The notes under the pieces: generated by a model
Seen by the model: the letters and a program-made list of their open reading frames with translations, nothing else
Databases searched by the model: none
What the model was told of the DNA's origin: nothing
Translations under genes and position numbers: made by a program
From: an uncultured Candidatus Saccharibacteria bacterium
GTDB taxonomy: Bacteria; Patescibacteriota; Minisyncoccia; Phycocordibacterales; UBA6065
DNA length: 64,000 nucleotides
Direction: 5' to 3'
Assembly: GCA_964368835.1 (NCBI GenBank)
Contig: CAYJCZ010000004.1
Span: forward strand, 59,385 to 123,384
Shown here: positions 36,790 through 50,142 of the stretch, piece after piece
Layout: every line of letters starts with the position of its first letter
Numbering within the stretch: position 1 is the first letter of the stretch

Positions 36790-38856
<2,067 letters not shown>

Positions 38857-38880
38857 GAGTTGATTCGTCCACTATATCGT

Positions 38881-38908
38881 GCGAGGAGGAAATAAAAAAG
38901 CCCTGCAT
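38881..38908 (-). terminator. Rho-independent terminator (minus orientation)
   Basis: gccctgcatatgcagggc perfect palindrome preceded on the plus strand by aaataaaaaa (a U-tract on the minus strand). Confidence 0.6.
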
Positions 38909-38923
38909 ATGCAGGGCGATTCT

Positions 38924-39265
38924 TCACCCACACGCGTGGGGATGTTCCTCACCATACAATGATGAGTACCTACCGTCGTTAGCACTGCCACTTTTCAGAT
39001 GGTCCCAGTACCATTTCTGGCCAATAGTTTTTTTCCAATAGCGCGAACGTGCCTTCTTCCGACGTTGTTGTTCGGAGAATGTGACCCATCCAGGCGCACT
39101 CTGTGTAAGCGACGAACCTTGTTCAATTGAAAGTCGCTCCCTACCACCCTTGTCGTAGAAAACTTCTTCGACTGTGTTTCCTTCAGTAATCCTAAACCCA
39201 GAATCTCCATGCTTAGGATTATCAATTTCGACGGTGCATTTCTTGTTTCTGAATACTTTAGACAT
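38924..39265 (-). CDS. Hypothetical protein (113 aa)
   Basis: ORF with its own downstream terminator (38881-38908); basic, Trp-rich; no motif. Confidence 0.4.
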   Translation of the reverse strand: MSKVFRNKKCTVEIDNPKHGDSGFRITEGNTVEEVFYDKGGRERLSIEQGSSLTQSAPGWVTFSEQQRRKKARSRYWKKTIGQKWYWDHLKSGSANDGRYSSLYGEEHPHACG

Positions 39266-39317
39266 GATGAATACACTTTGAGGTTGAACTAACGATTACG
39301 TAACAAAGAACAAACAA

Positions 39318-39358
39318 AACGAGCCCCGAACTTTCGTTCAAGGGCTCGTTTTTGGTTT
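39318..39358. terminator. Bidirectional hairpin terminator or possible leader attenuator ~55 nt upstream of the 113-aa ORF
   Basis: aacgagccc...gggctcgtt 9 bp outer stem with an inner gaac-tttc-gttc stem, and T-rich runs on both strands. Confidence 0.45.
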
Positions 39359-39490
39359 CGTGTAAAAATTATCGCACAAAATCACAAACAAGACCTCGAA
39401 CATTGTTCCAGAGGACTCGCTTAATGTGATACACCTGTGTGCAATTAAATTTCATTGATTAGTAATATACCAATATTTTAATAATATGCA

Positions 39491-39526
39491 AAACAAAAAG
39501 GTCCGTGTGATTGCATCACACGGACC
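39491..39526 (-). terminator. Rho-independent terminator (minus orientation)
   Basis: ggtccgtgtga-ttgca-tcacacggacc 11 bp stem with plus aaacaaaaa upstream (a U-tract on the minus strand). Confidence 0.6.
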
Positions 39527-39529
39527 ATG

Positions 39530-39800
39530 ATTTCTACAGTTGAACTGAAGGTCGGATGTCCTCAGGGGACAAAGTTGTCTGCACCGCAAACGGTCGAAGA
39601 GTTTCAGAAGCTAGTTTGATTCTAGCTTCCTTGGCTAGTCGCCGAAAACCCAACCGCGCGGCGGACAGCACGCCTCCCTTTAGCAGGGGGGTCGCGGACT
39701 CTGAACTTGGATGTTCGTCGTCATACTTATTTCCTCCTTTTAGGTTTTAATCTAGTTGGAGGTGGACCTTACTCGCTCATGGAGCTTCTTTACACATACT
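39530..39800. ncRNA. GC-rich structured noncoding island between tgt and terminator; candidate ncRNA of unknown class
   Basis: No real ORF: the plus 64-aa ORF is unconvincing and the minus ATG with AGGAGG RBS gives only 14 codons. Hairpins gaagctag-tttgatt-ctagcttc, mutually exclusive with ctagc-ttccttg-gctag, plus ccgcgcggcgg and cctcc...ggagg. Local GC is well above the flanks. Confidence 0.3.
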
Positions 39801-39821
39801 ACACCATTTGGTCCAAATTTA

Positions 39822-41036
<1,215 letters not shown>

Positions 41037-41128
41037 CTACCATCAAAAGAAGGACATATATCTTGACAAGAGTAAATATTAATGCAATATAGCAGTATAA
41101 CCTGTCCTTTGTCCCCACACACATATCA

Positions 41129-41554
41129 ATGAATCGGCTTTACAGGGCTCTAACGTTGGTCGAAATGACATTTATCGGAATAAGTATCCTCTCTACTTCA
41201 TGGAGGATACCTGCACTGATCTGTCTTCAGTCGACTTATAGCATCGGAACTTGTTTGATTAACTTCAGCAACGCCCATAGAGGTAGCAAAAACTACCTCG
41301 ATGCACTCGATGGCAGTCTCGCACTGGCCATTTTTACACCCGTCTTCATAACAATCTTTACCCCCTACTACGTCCTGAGCGCTTTATGCCTTATTGAGGC
41401 ACTGGTTCTCTGGAGTACTGTGGTTCAGGTGAAAGAATACCTTCGGTGGCGAGCATCACGCTCCCTACGTGTAGTTCCAGCCGAAATCATGCAACCCGAG
41501 GCACAGACAGTGTCGCTCGGCATGCAGCAAAAACCCGTTGAGCAGGCCGCATAG
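41129..41554 (+). CDS. Hypothetical membrane protein
   Basis: Plus-strand ORF with three to four TM helices, followed by a bidirectional terminator. Confidence 0.45.
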   Translation: MNRLYRALTLVEMTFIGISILSTSWRIPALICLQSTYSIGTCLINFSNAHRGSKNYLDALDGSLALAIFTPVFITIFTPYYVLSALCLIEALVLWSTVVQVKEYLRWRASRSLRVVPAEIMQPEAQTVSLGMQQKPVEQAA

Positions 41555-41568
41555 GCTCGCTTAACACA

Positions 41569-41598
41569 ATCCCCGCAATTTCTTGCGGGGATTTTTTA
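41569..41598. terminator. Bidirectional rho-independent terminator between convergent genes
   Basis: atccccgcaa-tttc-ttgcggggat then ttttttat; the minus side is also T-rich. Confidence 0.65.
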
Positions 41599-41600
41599 TT

Positions 41601-42365
41601 TTATTCGTTACGAAGCTTCGAATTCTTAATTATCTCAATCACTTCTTCATCATCATCTGTGATTTGAAATATTTTTTCATCTTCAGGAGAAATCACTTTC
41701 AAATCATCACGCAAATACTTTGAAAATCCTTGGACGTGCTTCCAGTATTCACTTCCAACACAAATGACAGGTACTCGTGGAATTTTATTCGTCTGTATAA
41801 GTGTCACAATTTCATAAAACTCATCCATAGTGCCAAATCCTCCAGGGAAAAAGATATACACCTCGGCCGAGAACGAAAGGGCGACTTTGCGAATGAAAAA
41901 GTAGTAGAACCTTACATGAGCCGTCAGATACTGATTCATTTTTTGCTCATGGGGCAAAATGATATTCATTCCAATAGACTTCCCTCCTGCCTCATATGCA
42001 CCCCTGTTAGCAGCTTCCATAATTCCTCCTCCACCTCCAGAAACAACCGCGTATCCAGTTTCTCGAGCAATTTTAGCTGCAAGAGATCGTGCGCGAGCAT
42101 AGTATGGATGCTCTTCTGTAAAACGAGCTGAACCAAAAAAAGTTACCGAGTGCGGGTAGCTTTGTAGGAATTTAAAAGTGTGTCGAAACTCGTTATTAAT
42201 GGTGGAAAGCCTTTTTCGAGCTCCGTTTCGAAGATCTTTATAATCTAACTCGTGCTGTGTGAGCCTCGGCTCCTTTTCCTCTTTATTTTTTTTCCAAAGT
42301 TTTCCTAACATCCGAGTTTCGTTGTTGATTAAATAATGCGGGACTTGAGAATAAGTATAGTACAA
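41601..42365 (-). CDS. LOG-family (TIGR00730) Rossmann-fold nucleotide-binding protein / cytokinin riboside 5'-monophosphate phosphoribohydrolase-like
   Basis: VTFFGSAR...VVSGGGGGIMEAANRGA...FFPGGFGTMDEFYE LOG motifs (PGGxGTxxE). Confidence 0.8.
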   Translation of the reverse strand: MYYTYSQVPHYLINNETRMLGKLWKKNKEEKEPRLTQHELDYKDLRNGARKRLSTINNEFRHTFKFLQSYPHSVTFFGSARFTEEHPYYARARSLAAKIARETGYAVVSGGGGGIMEAANRGAYEAGGKSIGMNIILPHEQKMNQYLTAHVRFYYFFIRKVALSFSAEVYIFFPGGFGTMDEFYEIVTLIQTNKIPRVPVICVGSEYWKHVQGFSKYLRDDLKVISPEDEKIFQITDDDEEVIEIIKNSKLRNE

Positions 42366-42392
42366 TATTTAGGTATAAGCTAAAGCCAACCC

Positions 42393-42902
42393 ATGAATAC
42401 ACTAAGTAAAAAAGAATGGATCGCAGTATCCGTAGCTCTTGTTGCCACTATTATCCTCTTTTTTGGAGGGACTATTTGGAATTTTATATTTGGTAACCCG
42501 TCAGCAAGCAATTCATCGCTATCTGTAGGAGATGAAACCCCCGCTCAAGTACAAGAGAAAATGGCTAACACATCCGAAATCGCAGGTCTTGAGATTTACG
42601 ATATGAAAATCGGTACAGGTGTAGAAGCAGCTGCCGGAATGAAGGTTAAAGCGCATTACGTAGGTGTACTAAGCGACGGTGTTCAGTTTGATTCTTCCCT
42701 TCAACGAGGAGTTCCGTATGAATTTGTTCTTGGAACAGGAGCAGTCATTAAGGGCTGGGATCTAGGCATTGTTGGCATGAAAGTAGGTGGAGTGCGACAA
42801 CTCATTGTTTCTCCTGAGCTTGCATATGGACCTCAGGCAATTGGACCAATTCCTGCAAACTCAACACTTATATTTCAGATCGAGCTTGTAGACGCTCAGT
42901 AG
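42393..42902 (+). CDS. Membrane-anchored FKBP-type peptidyl-prolyl cis-trans isomerase
   Basis: N-terminal TM helix and FKBP_C domain (YVGVLSDGVQFDSS...FVLGTGAVIKGWDLGIVGMKVGGVRQLIVSPELAYG). Confidence 0.85.
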   Translation: MNTLSKKEWIAVSVALVATIILFFGGTIWNFIFGNPSASNSSLSVGDETPAQVQEKMANTSEIAGLEIYDMKIGTGVEAAAGMKVKAHYVGVLSDGVQFDSSLQRGVPYEFVLGTGAVIKGWDLGIVGMKVGGVRQLIVSPELAYGPQAIGPIPANSTLIFQIELVDAQ

Positions 42903-42966
42903 GTTTTGCATAAAATCTAAAAAGAGGTAACGTAAGAGCTAGGAATCAAAACCTAGCTCTTACTGT

Positions 42967-43374
42967 ATGAATACCCAAAATGCCCTCATCAATATCGACA
43001 TTATGTCGACCATTGTCTTGATTATGTTCTACATCGGAAGCTTCCAGGCGGAATACTCGAAGGAAGGCAGGCTTCTACCCTTACTTGCAGTGATCGTTTC
43101 CCTTTTTGCTATCCCTTTAGAGGGAGTTCCGCATCATATTATTGTGGTCGGATACATTTTGATCATTGCGCTCGCCTTTGCATGTCCAAACGGCCTTCGA
43201 TTCAATCAAGAAACTTCGATAAAAATTGCGTTTGGCCTCGGAATTTTCATCACAGGCGTCACCGGACTTATCATGTCAGTTGATAGGGACCAACATCTTT
43301 GGATATTCGATGTCGGTCTTATCGCTGCGGTCGTGCTGATTTATCCCAGCCTCAAAGCAAAGCGGAAAGCATAA
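42967..43374 (+). CDS. Hypothetical membrane protein (4 TM)
   Basis: 135 aa hydrophobic ORF followed by a terminator at 43369-43397. Confidence 0.45.
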   Translation: MNTQNALINIDIMSTIVLIMFYIGSFQAEYSKEGRLLPLLAVIVSLFAIPLEGVPHHIIVVGYILIIALAFACPNGLRFNQETSIKIAFGLGIFITGVTGLIMSVDRDQHLWIFDVGLIAAVVLIYPSLKAKRKA

Positions 43375-43397
43375 CTAAAACCGCGCACAGATTGTGC
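43369..43397. terminator. Bidirectional rho-independent terminator (plus ORF and rpoD)
   Basis: ccgcgcaca-gat-tgtgcgcgg 9 bp stem then ttttt; plus A-run upstream. Confidence 0.65.
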
Positions 43398-43409
43398 GCG
43401 GTTTTTACT

Positions 43410-44615
43410 TTAGTAGTTCTTCAACTGATTAATCCTTTCATGCTGACGAATCTTTTCATGTGCCTTAGCTTCAATCTGTCGGATTCGTTCTCGAGTGACA
43501 CCGAATTCCTTACCCACCTCTTCGAGTGTGTGAGTGATGCCATCGTTTAATCCATGGCGCATTTCCAAAATCTTTCGTTCCTTTGGAGAAAGATCTCCGA
43601 GGATATTACGGACCTGGTCAGCTAGGATTCGCCTCGATGACTCCTGATCTGGCGAGAGAATTTTGTCGTCTGAGAGGAAATCTCCGAGGGTTGATTTACC
43701 GTCATCACCTTCATCTCCAACAGGGCTTTCAAGAGAAACTGTATCCTGATCGATTTTCTCAATCTGATAGACCTTTTCCACCTCAAGTCCCATTTCAGTC
43801 GCAATTTCATCAGGCAATGGATCTCGTCCAAGGTCCTGTGAAAGTCTTCGCACTACCTGCTTGTACTTTGCGATAGTTTCCACCATGTGAACTGGTACAC
43901 GAATCGTTCGTGACTGGTCTGCGAGCGCTCGCGTAATCGCCTGTCGAATCCACCACGTAGCATACGTAGAGAACTTATAACCCTTTGTCCAATCAAATTT
44001 ATCTACAGCCTTGAAAAGACCGAGATTTCCTTCTTGAATAAGATCGAGAAGGGTGAGATCCGCTGATCGTCCTACGTATTTCTTTGCAATCGAAACCACA
44101 AGTCGAAGGTTTGCCTTTGCAAGAAGTCCTTTTGCTTCATCATCACCAGACTCAATTCGTCGAGCAAGCTCCTTTTCCATTGCAGCTGAGACAAGCGGAT
44201 ACTGACCGATTTCTTTCAAATACATTTGAATAGAATCGTATGAAGATTCGCTGCCAGCTCGTCCAAAGCTATACTTTTTACCACTCTCCTTTACAGGTGG
44301 TTCAAGATCAAGCATTCCACCAGATTCAAGAACGTCTATTCCAGCTCCTGATAGCTTTGCATAGAGCTCATCAAGAAACATAATATCGTCCTCAACACTT
44401 GGGAACTCCTTTAAAATCTCGTCATAGGTAACGAAGCCGCGTTCTTTACCTTTTACGACAAGCTTATCCGCCTTCTTATTCGCTTCACGTGCCTTTTCCT
44501 TGGCTTTGGTTGATACAGGTTTACCCTTTGCTGCCTTAATAGGCTTTTTTGAAGGCTTGATAGCCTTTTTCTTTGCTACTTTCGTTTTTATTTTTTTCTG
44601 CTGCTTTTTGGCCAT
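43410..44615 (-). CDS. rpoD: RNA polymerase sigma factor RpoD (primary sigma-70)
   Basis: Region 2 LIQEGNLGLFKAVDKFDWTKGYKFSTYATWWIRQAITRA, regions 3 and 4 present; follows dnaG as in the conserved dnaG-rpoD arrangement. Confidence 0.9.
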   Translation of the reverse strand: MAKKQQKKIKTKVAKKKAIKPSKKPIKAAKGKPVSTKAKEKAREANKKADKLVVKGKERGFVTYDEILKEFPSVEDDIMFLDELYAKLSGAGIDVLESGGMLDLEPPVKESGKKYSFGRAGSESSYDSIQMYLKEIGQYPLVSAAMEKELARRIESGDDEAKGLLAKANLRLVVSIAKKYVGRSADLTLLDLIQEGNLGLFKAVDKFDWTKGYKFSTYATWWIRQAITRALADQSRTIRVPVHMVETIAKYKQVVRRLSQDLGRDPLPDEIATEMGLEVEKVYQIEKIDQDTVSLESPVGDEGDDGKSTLGDFLSDDKILSPDQESSRRILADQVRNILGDLSPKERKILEMRHGLNDGITHTLEEVGKEFGVTRERIRQIEAKAHEKIRQHERINQLKNY

Positions 44616-44663
44616 GTCTTTTAGATTATAGCAATCTTTTAAAGGAGTCGCGATTGATAAAAA

Positions 44664-46385
44664 TTAGGTGGTAGTAAGCTTCTTAATTTCTTGAATTCTC
44701 TTTGATAATACGTCTATATCCTTCATTATGTCGTCTGTCGCATTGTCTGCTTTCTCTGCCCTGTGTAAATCCGCTAGTCTCTGCTCAAGTCTCTTCTTTA
44801 CGTACTCTTCCTCTAGATGAAGAAGGAGGAGGGTGCATTCTTTTTCAATTTTAGTGTCTCCGTACGTTACTTCGGCCTCGAGTGTCAGTTCGCCCAAATC
44901 ATCTTTTGTAAGCGCTTTGAATATTTTTGCCTTTTCTTCGCCTACTATCTTTTCAAGTTCCTTAATCTTTTTCTCATCTCCATCAAAATACTTTTTCGAA
45001 TGTATGATGCCGAGTATTTTTCTCTCAATCGATTCTAGTCTTTCTAGTTTACGAGATTCGGACCGGGCTGCAGGAGCTGTGGTATCCCTTCCTGGAGGAT
45101 TTGCTCTGACATATGTCTGCAAGTCCTTCCAAAGCGCATCCTCACTGATTGCCAGGTGTTCTGCTATACGTTTAATAGCATGGAATCGAGGCGTATCAAG
45201 TGGTATTGCTCGAACATAAGGGAATATTTCTTCCCTCACTTGTTTTGCCACCACCGCAGGTGTCGCCTTCGAATCTACAAGTGTTGATGCAAGGTAATCA
45301 ATAAAATCTTTTTTAGATTCTAGAGCCTTAGCCCAATCCTTTTCATTACCTTTGATGATATCAGCAGGATCTTTTCCACCCTTTATATCAACAATCTTTA
45401 CATTCATACCAAGTGAGATTGCAGGCACGATTCTTTTAACTGCCTTTTGTCCTGCAGCGTCTGAGTCAAAAGCAACAACTATATTGTCAGAAAGTCGTGT
45501 TAGAAGTCCAAAAGCGGAATCTTTACCATCGTCATCAGTAAAGGCCGTACCAGATGCTGCAACAGTGTTGGTGTAGCCTGCCTGATGTGACATAACAAGA
45601 TCCATCTGACCTTCTACCAAGATGGAATAATCCCTCTTACGGACATCAATCTTTGCCTTATCAAGGCCGTAGAGAATCTTTGACTTGCTATAGAGCACAG
45701 TCTCAGGGCTGTTAAGGTACTTTGGTGATTTACCGTCGTCAACAATGATCCTTCCTGAATACGCTACAACGCGCCCAGATGAGTCAGAGATAGGAAATAT
45801 GATTCTACCCCTAAAGACATCGTAATAAGGGTCTCCGCCAGGCTTTTCGGTCTTTTTAATGAGTCCAACCGCCGCCACATCTTCGTCTTTATAGCCTTTC
45901 CCTTTGAGGTAGGCACGAAGCGTCCTCCAATCATTTATGGCGTAGCCGACACGGAATGTATCGATCGTCTTTTGGGTAAGTCCTCTCCCAAGAATATATG
46001 CATGAGCAGCCTCATCTTTTTTTAAATTATTCTCAAAAAAGATTGTTGCATCCTCAAGAATTTTATAGAGGAGTTCTTTGCGATTGTCTTTGGCCTCACT
46101 GAGCTTATCAAGTCTCACTCCTGCACGTTCTGCAAGAACTTTGAGCGCTCCCATGAAATCAATGCCTTCGAATTTTTCTACGAATGTGAAGATGTCTCCT
46201 TTTGCACTACAACCAAAACAATAAAACGACGAACGTTCAGGAGAAACATAAAACGACGGTGTCTTTTCGTTATGAAAAGGACAGCGCGCTTTATAGTTCG
46301 TACCCGACTTATCGAGCTTTATGTACGAGCCTACGACATCTACAATGCCAAGGCGTTCTTTTATATCTTGGACGTGTGTGCTCAT
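44664..46385 (-). CDS. dnaG: DNA primase
   Basis: CHC2 zinc finger CPFHNEKTPSFYVSPERSSFYCFGC, TOPRIM domain (ILVEGQMDLV). Confidence 0.9.
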   Translation of the reverse strand: MSTHVQDIKERLGIVDVVGSYIKLDKSGTNYKARCPFHNEKTPSFYVSPERSSFYCFGCSAKGDIFTFVEKFEGIDFMGALKVLAERAGVRLDKLSEAKDNRKELLYKILEDATIFFENNLKKDEAAHAYILGRGLTQKTIDTFRVGYAINDWRTLRAYLKGKGYKDEDVAAVGLIKKTEKPGGDPYYDVFRGRIIFPISDSSGRVVAYSGRIIVDDGKSPKYLNSPETVLYSKSKILYGLDKAKIDVRKRDYSILVEGQMDLVMSHQAGYTNTVAASGTAFTDDDGKDSAFGLLTRLSDNIVVAFDSDAAGQKAVKRIVPAISLGMNVKIVDIKGGKDPADIIKGNEKDWAKALESKKDFIDYLASTLVDSKATPAVVAKQVREEIFPYVRAIPLDTPRFHAIKRIAEHLAISEDALWKDLQTYVRANPPGRDTTAPAARSESRKLERLESIERKILGIIHSKKYFDGDEKKIKELEKIVGEEKAKIFKALTKDDLGELTLEAEVTYGDTKIEKECTLLLLHLEEEYVKKRLEQRLADLHRAEKADNATDDIMKDIDVLSKRIQEIKKLTTT

Positions 46386-46432
46386 GGTTTACATTACCTA
46401 CCTAACACAAACAAAGACCTGTCGCCCTCAAA

Positions 46433-49400
46433 TTATTCTTCTCGAGTTTCTTCCTGCTTTGGAGCCATTTCCTCAATCATCTTGTGCTTTGGGCTTCCCT
46501 TGTAACCTGTACCAGCTGGGATAAGACGACCAATGATAACGTTTTCCTTAAGACCCTGAAGTCGGTCTTCAGTGCCTCGGATAGCTGCTGAGATGAAGAT
46601 TCGTGTTGTGTGCTGGAACGATGCCGCTGAAAGGAATGACTGTCGTGAGAGTGACACTTCTGTAATACCCATCACAACTGATTCTGTAGTTGCTGAATCC
46701 TTACCAAGGAGTTTCTGCTTGTCATTTTCCTCTGTGATATCAAAGATATCTGCAACATCATCGATTGAGAATCGAGAATCACCGCTACCGGTAACGCGTC
46801 GGCGAGAGAACATTTGCTTAACAACAATCTCGATGTGCTTTCGTGACACAGTTTCACCCTGGAGTTCGTAAATCTTACCGATTTCTCGAATGATGTAATC
46901 CATAGCCTTCTCCTTTCCAGCGTATTCGAAGATTTCATCTACGTCTGCTGAACCGTCTGTAAGAAGCTGACCCTTTACTACCTTGTCACCAGCTTTAACA
47001 AGAGCCATTCGCTTGTAATTGAATACATATTCAACTTCACCTGATTTCTTGCTCTTACCCTTATCTTCAAGTTCTGGAATAACAATGATGGTCTTTTCCT
47101 TTCCACCATCCTTAACTGAAGTAACAGTACCGCTTACGGTTGCAACAACAGCTGGATTCTTTGGTCGTCGCTTTTCAAAGACTTCTTCAACTCGAGGAAG
47201 ACCCTGAGTGATGTCTCCACCAACTGACGCTGTTCCTCCGGCGTGGAAGGTACGCATAGTGAGCTGTGTACCTGGTTCACCGATAGCCTGAGCTGCAACA
47301 GTTCCTACAGCTTCACCGATATCAATGAGGTGGTTTTTACCAAGATCAATTCCGTAACACTGCTGACATACTCCGTGAAGAGTTTTACATGAGAGTGGTG
47401 ATCGAACTTTGATTTCAGTTGCACCTGCGTTCTCAATAAATGCAGCATCCTGCTTTGAAAGAAGTGCACCTTTCTTAAAGATTACAGTTCCCTTTGCATC
47501 CTTAACATCATCTGCAAGTACTCGACCGCGAATATTCTTTGCGATTGAAACTTCGATTCCTGATGCGCTTTCCTTCTTGATAACGATTGATTCCTTGGTA
47601 CCGCAGTCATCCTCAGTAATCATAACGTCCTGAGCCACATCGAAGAGTCGTCGTGTGAGGTAACCTGCACGCGCTGTGTTAAGAGCTGTGTCGGTCAAAC
47701 CTTTTCGAGCTCCGTGAGTAGTAATGAAGTACTCGATCGGTGTAAGACCTTCCTTCATACCAGAGATAATTGGGAATTCGATAGTCTCTCCGGCAGTGTT
47801 GGTAATAAGTCCTTTCATTCCCACCATTTGAGTAATGTTTCCGATAGAACCTCGAGCTCCTGATCGCACCATGTCTGTTACAGGACCCTGTGGATCAAGT
47901 GAGTCTGGAATAAGCTTTTCGATGTCTGACTTAGCCTTGTGCCAAATCTCAACATTCTTTCGAATTCGCTCATCATCTGAAAGGAGACCGTCGTTAAACT
48001 GTTCGTTAACTGTTTCAGATTCTACCTTTGCTTTGTTGATAACATTTCCCTTTCCTTCTGGAGTCTTTACGTCATCAATACCCCACGTAATACCTGAGTA
48101 TGTCGTGTAATTGAATCCGAACTTCTTGATGTCGTTTAGAATAAGCGGAACCTTATCAATCGAGTATCGAATTATAAGATCGTCCATGATTCCTGACATA
48201 GTCTTTCGTTCGATTTCCTTGTTGATGAAAGGATAGTCGATAGGCAAAATGTTGTTGAAGAGAATTCGTCCAACAGTTGTGTCGAATACCTTGCCCTTAT
48301 ATTCAGCAAACTTCTCTGTATTTGGTGCAAGAACCTTAACTGAAGCTCGGTATGATACTTCGTTGAAGTCTGATGCGAGCACCGCAGCCTCTGGTGATTC
48401 GAAAATCTTACCTTCACCCTTTTCAGCTTTTACAGATTTGGTCATCCAATATACACCCAAGATAATGTCGAGCATCTTGTTTGTAAGAGTAAGATCACCT
48501 GAACCTGGCTTCAAGATGTTTTTGTCTGATGCCATGATCTCCTTTGCTTCTTTCTGCGCTTCTGGAGAAAGTGGAACGTGAACGGCCATCTGGTCTCCGT
48601 CGAAGTCTGCGTTGAAAGCAGAACATACGAGTGGGTGAACCTGAATAGCGTTACCTTCGATGAGTTTTGGTCGGAAAGCCTGAATACCAAGTCGGTGGAG
48701 AGTAGGAGCTCGGTTTAGGAGCACGTACTTGCCCTCGATTACATCTTCAAGAATCGCCCAAACTTCTGGAATTCCGTCTTCGATAAGTCGTGATGCGCCT
48801 CGAATGTTATACGCAAGTTCTCGCTTGAGAAGTTCTGAAATAACAAATGGTTTGAAAAGCTCAAGTGCCATGTGCTTTGGAAGTCCACACTGGTCAAGCG
48901 CGAGATCTGGACCCACAACGATAACCGATCGTCCTGAGTAGTCTACTCGCTTACCAAGAAGGTTTCCTCGGAGAAGTCCTCGCTTACCCTTAAGGTTATC
49001 AGCAAGTGACTTGAGTGCTCGCTTTGATGCAAGAGATCCTGCTGCTGTTGTCGAGTTTCCGTGTCGGATTGAGTTGTCGATAAGAGCGTCCACAGCTTCC
49101 TGCAAGATTCGCTTTTCGTTTCGAAGAATCACGTCAGGGGCCATGATTTCCTTGAGCTTTGCGAGTCGGTTGTTTCGGTTGATAACTCGTCGATAGAGGT
49201 CGTTTACGTCTGAAGTCGCGTATCGGCCACCATCAAGAGGAACCATAGGTCTTAGTGCTGGTGGAATAACAGGGATTCGAGAAAGGAACATCCACTCTGG
49301 GCGAATGTTTGATTTGATCATCGCTCGAACAACTGAAAGTCGGCGGTTCATCTTATCCTTTTCGAGGCTGTTTGCCTTTTCAAGAGCTGCCGCTACTGAT

Positions 49401-50113
49401 ACTTCAAGCTTCTTGAGGTCGAGTGCCTTACAAATATTGTAAATTGCTTCTGCACCGATACCCGCTTCGAAGAGCGTTGAATATTTCATCGCATACTTGC
49501 CGTATTCAACTTCATCAAGAACAACACCTACCTGGATAGCATCGATCTCCTTCTTTGCACCCTGGTACATTGCCTTGAGAGCTTCTTTTGTCTTGTCGTC
49601 TTCAACTGTCTTGATCTTTGATTTAAATTCAGACTCAAGATCCTTCATGATTTCTGCACGTGCAGCTTCATGTACAGCAGTAACGATATATCCAGCAAAG
49701 TAGATAACCTTTTCAAGGTCAGCTGTTGTCATGCCCAAGATAATGCCGAGTCGTGATGGCATTGAACGGAGGAACCAGATGTGTGATACCGGCGTTGCAA
49801 GCTCGATATGACCCATTCGCTCACGTCGTACGATTGATCGTGTGATTTCAACTCCACATTTTTCACAGACAATTCCCTTGTAGCGAATACCTCGATATTT
49901 ACCACAGTAACATTCGTAATCCTTGTCTGGACCGAATATCTTCTCATCGAAAAGACCGTTCTTTTCAGAGCGCTGTGTTCGATAGTTAATTGTTTCCGGC
50001 TTTGTTACTTCACCGAATGACCATTCCTTGATTCGTTCAGGAGATGCGAGGCGAAGCGCAACGACATCGAAGTCTATGGTTTCCGCTGTCTTATTTTTTG
50101 GTGTATATGCCAT
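46433..50113 (-). CDS. rpoC: DNA-directed RNA polymerase subunit beta'
   Basis: NADFDGDQMAVHVPLS catalytic loop, zinc finger CYCGKYRGIRYKGIVCEKCG; 1226 aa. Confidence 0.95.
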   Translation of the reverse strand: MAYTPKNKTAETIDFDVVALRLASPERIKEWSFGEVTKPETINYRTQRSEKNGLFDEKIFGPDKDYECYCGKYRGIRYKGIVCEKCGVEITRSIVRRERMGHIELATPVSHIWFLRSMPSRLGIILGMTTADLEKVIYFAGYIVTAVHEAARAEIMKDLESEFKSKIKTVEDDKTKEALKAMYQGAKKEIDAIQVGVVLDEVEYGKYAMKYSTLFEAGIGAEAIYNICKALDLKKLEVSVAAALEKANSLEKDKMNRRLSVVRAMIKSNIRPEWMFLSRIPVIPPALRPMVPLDGGRYATSDVNDLYRRVINRNNRLAKLKEIMAPDVILRNEKRILQEAVDALIDNSIRHGNSTTAAGSLASKRALKSLADNLKGKRGLLRGNLLGKRVDYSGRSVIVVGPDLALDQCGLPKHMALELFKPFVISELLKRELAYNIRGASRLIEDGIPEVWAILEDVIEGKYVLLNRAPTLHRLGIQAFRPKLIEGNAIQVHPLVCSAFNADFDGDQMAVHVPLSPEAQKEAKEIMASDKNILKPGSGDLTLTNKMLDIILGVYWMTKSVKAEKGEGKIFESPEAAVLASDFNEVSYRASVKVLAPNTEKFAEYKGKVFDTTVGRILFNNILPIDYPFINKEIERKTMSGIMDDLIIRYSIDKVPLILNDIKKFGFNYTTYSGITWGIDDVKTPEGKGNVINKAKVESETVNEQFNDGLLSDDERIRKNVEIWHKAKSDIEKLIPDSLDPQGPVTDMVRSGARGSIGNITQMVGMKGLITNTAGETIEFPIISGMKEGLTPIEYFITTHGARKGLTDTALNTARAGYLTRRLFDVAQDVMITEDDCGTKESIVIKKESASGIEVSIAKNIRGRVLADDVKDAKGTVIFKKGALLSKQDAAFIENAGATEIKVRSPLSCKTLHGVCQQCYGIDLGKNHLIDIGEAVGTVAAQAIGEPGTQLTMRTFHAGGTASVGGDITQGLPRVEEVFEKRRPKNPAVVATVSGTVTSVKDGGKEKTIIVIPELEDKGKSKKSGEVEYVFNYKRMALVKAGDKVVKGQLLTDGSADVDEIFEYAGKEKAMDYIIREIGKIYELQGETVSRKHIEIVVKQMFSRRRVTGSGDSRFSIDDVADIFDITEENDKQKLLGKDSATTESVVMGITEVSLSRQSFLSAASFQHTTRIFISAAIRGTEDRLQGLKENVIIGRLIPAGTGYKGSPKHKMIEEMAPKQEETREE

Positions 50114-50142
50114 ATAGATTTGATTTAGAGGTTAGATATAGC

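Noticed and set aside
39534-39724. Minus-strand ATG at 39724 with a textbook AAAGGAGG RBS, initially read as a 63-aa ORF
   Set aside because: Recounting the G-run (6 G, not 7) shows the frame hits TAA after 14 codons (MTTNIQVQSPRPPC). Kept only as a possible leader peptide or uORF.
39530-39800. SRP RNA (AAGGAAGC match to 4.5S domain IV) or 6S RNA
   Set aside because: Only an 8-nt coincidence. The GGAA tetraloop and symmetric-loop context are absent.
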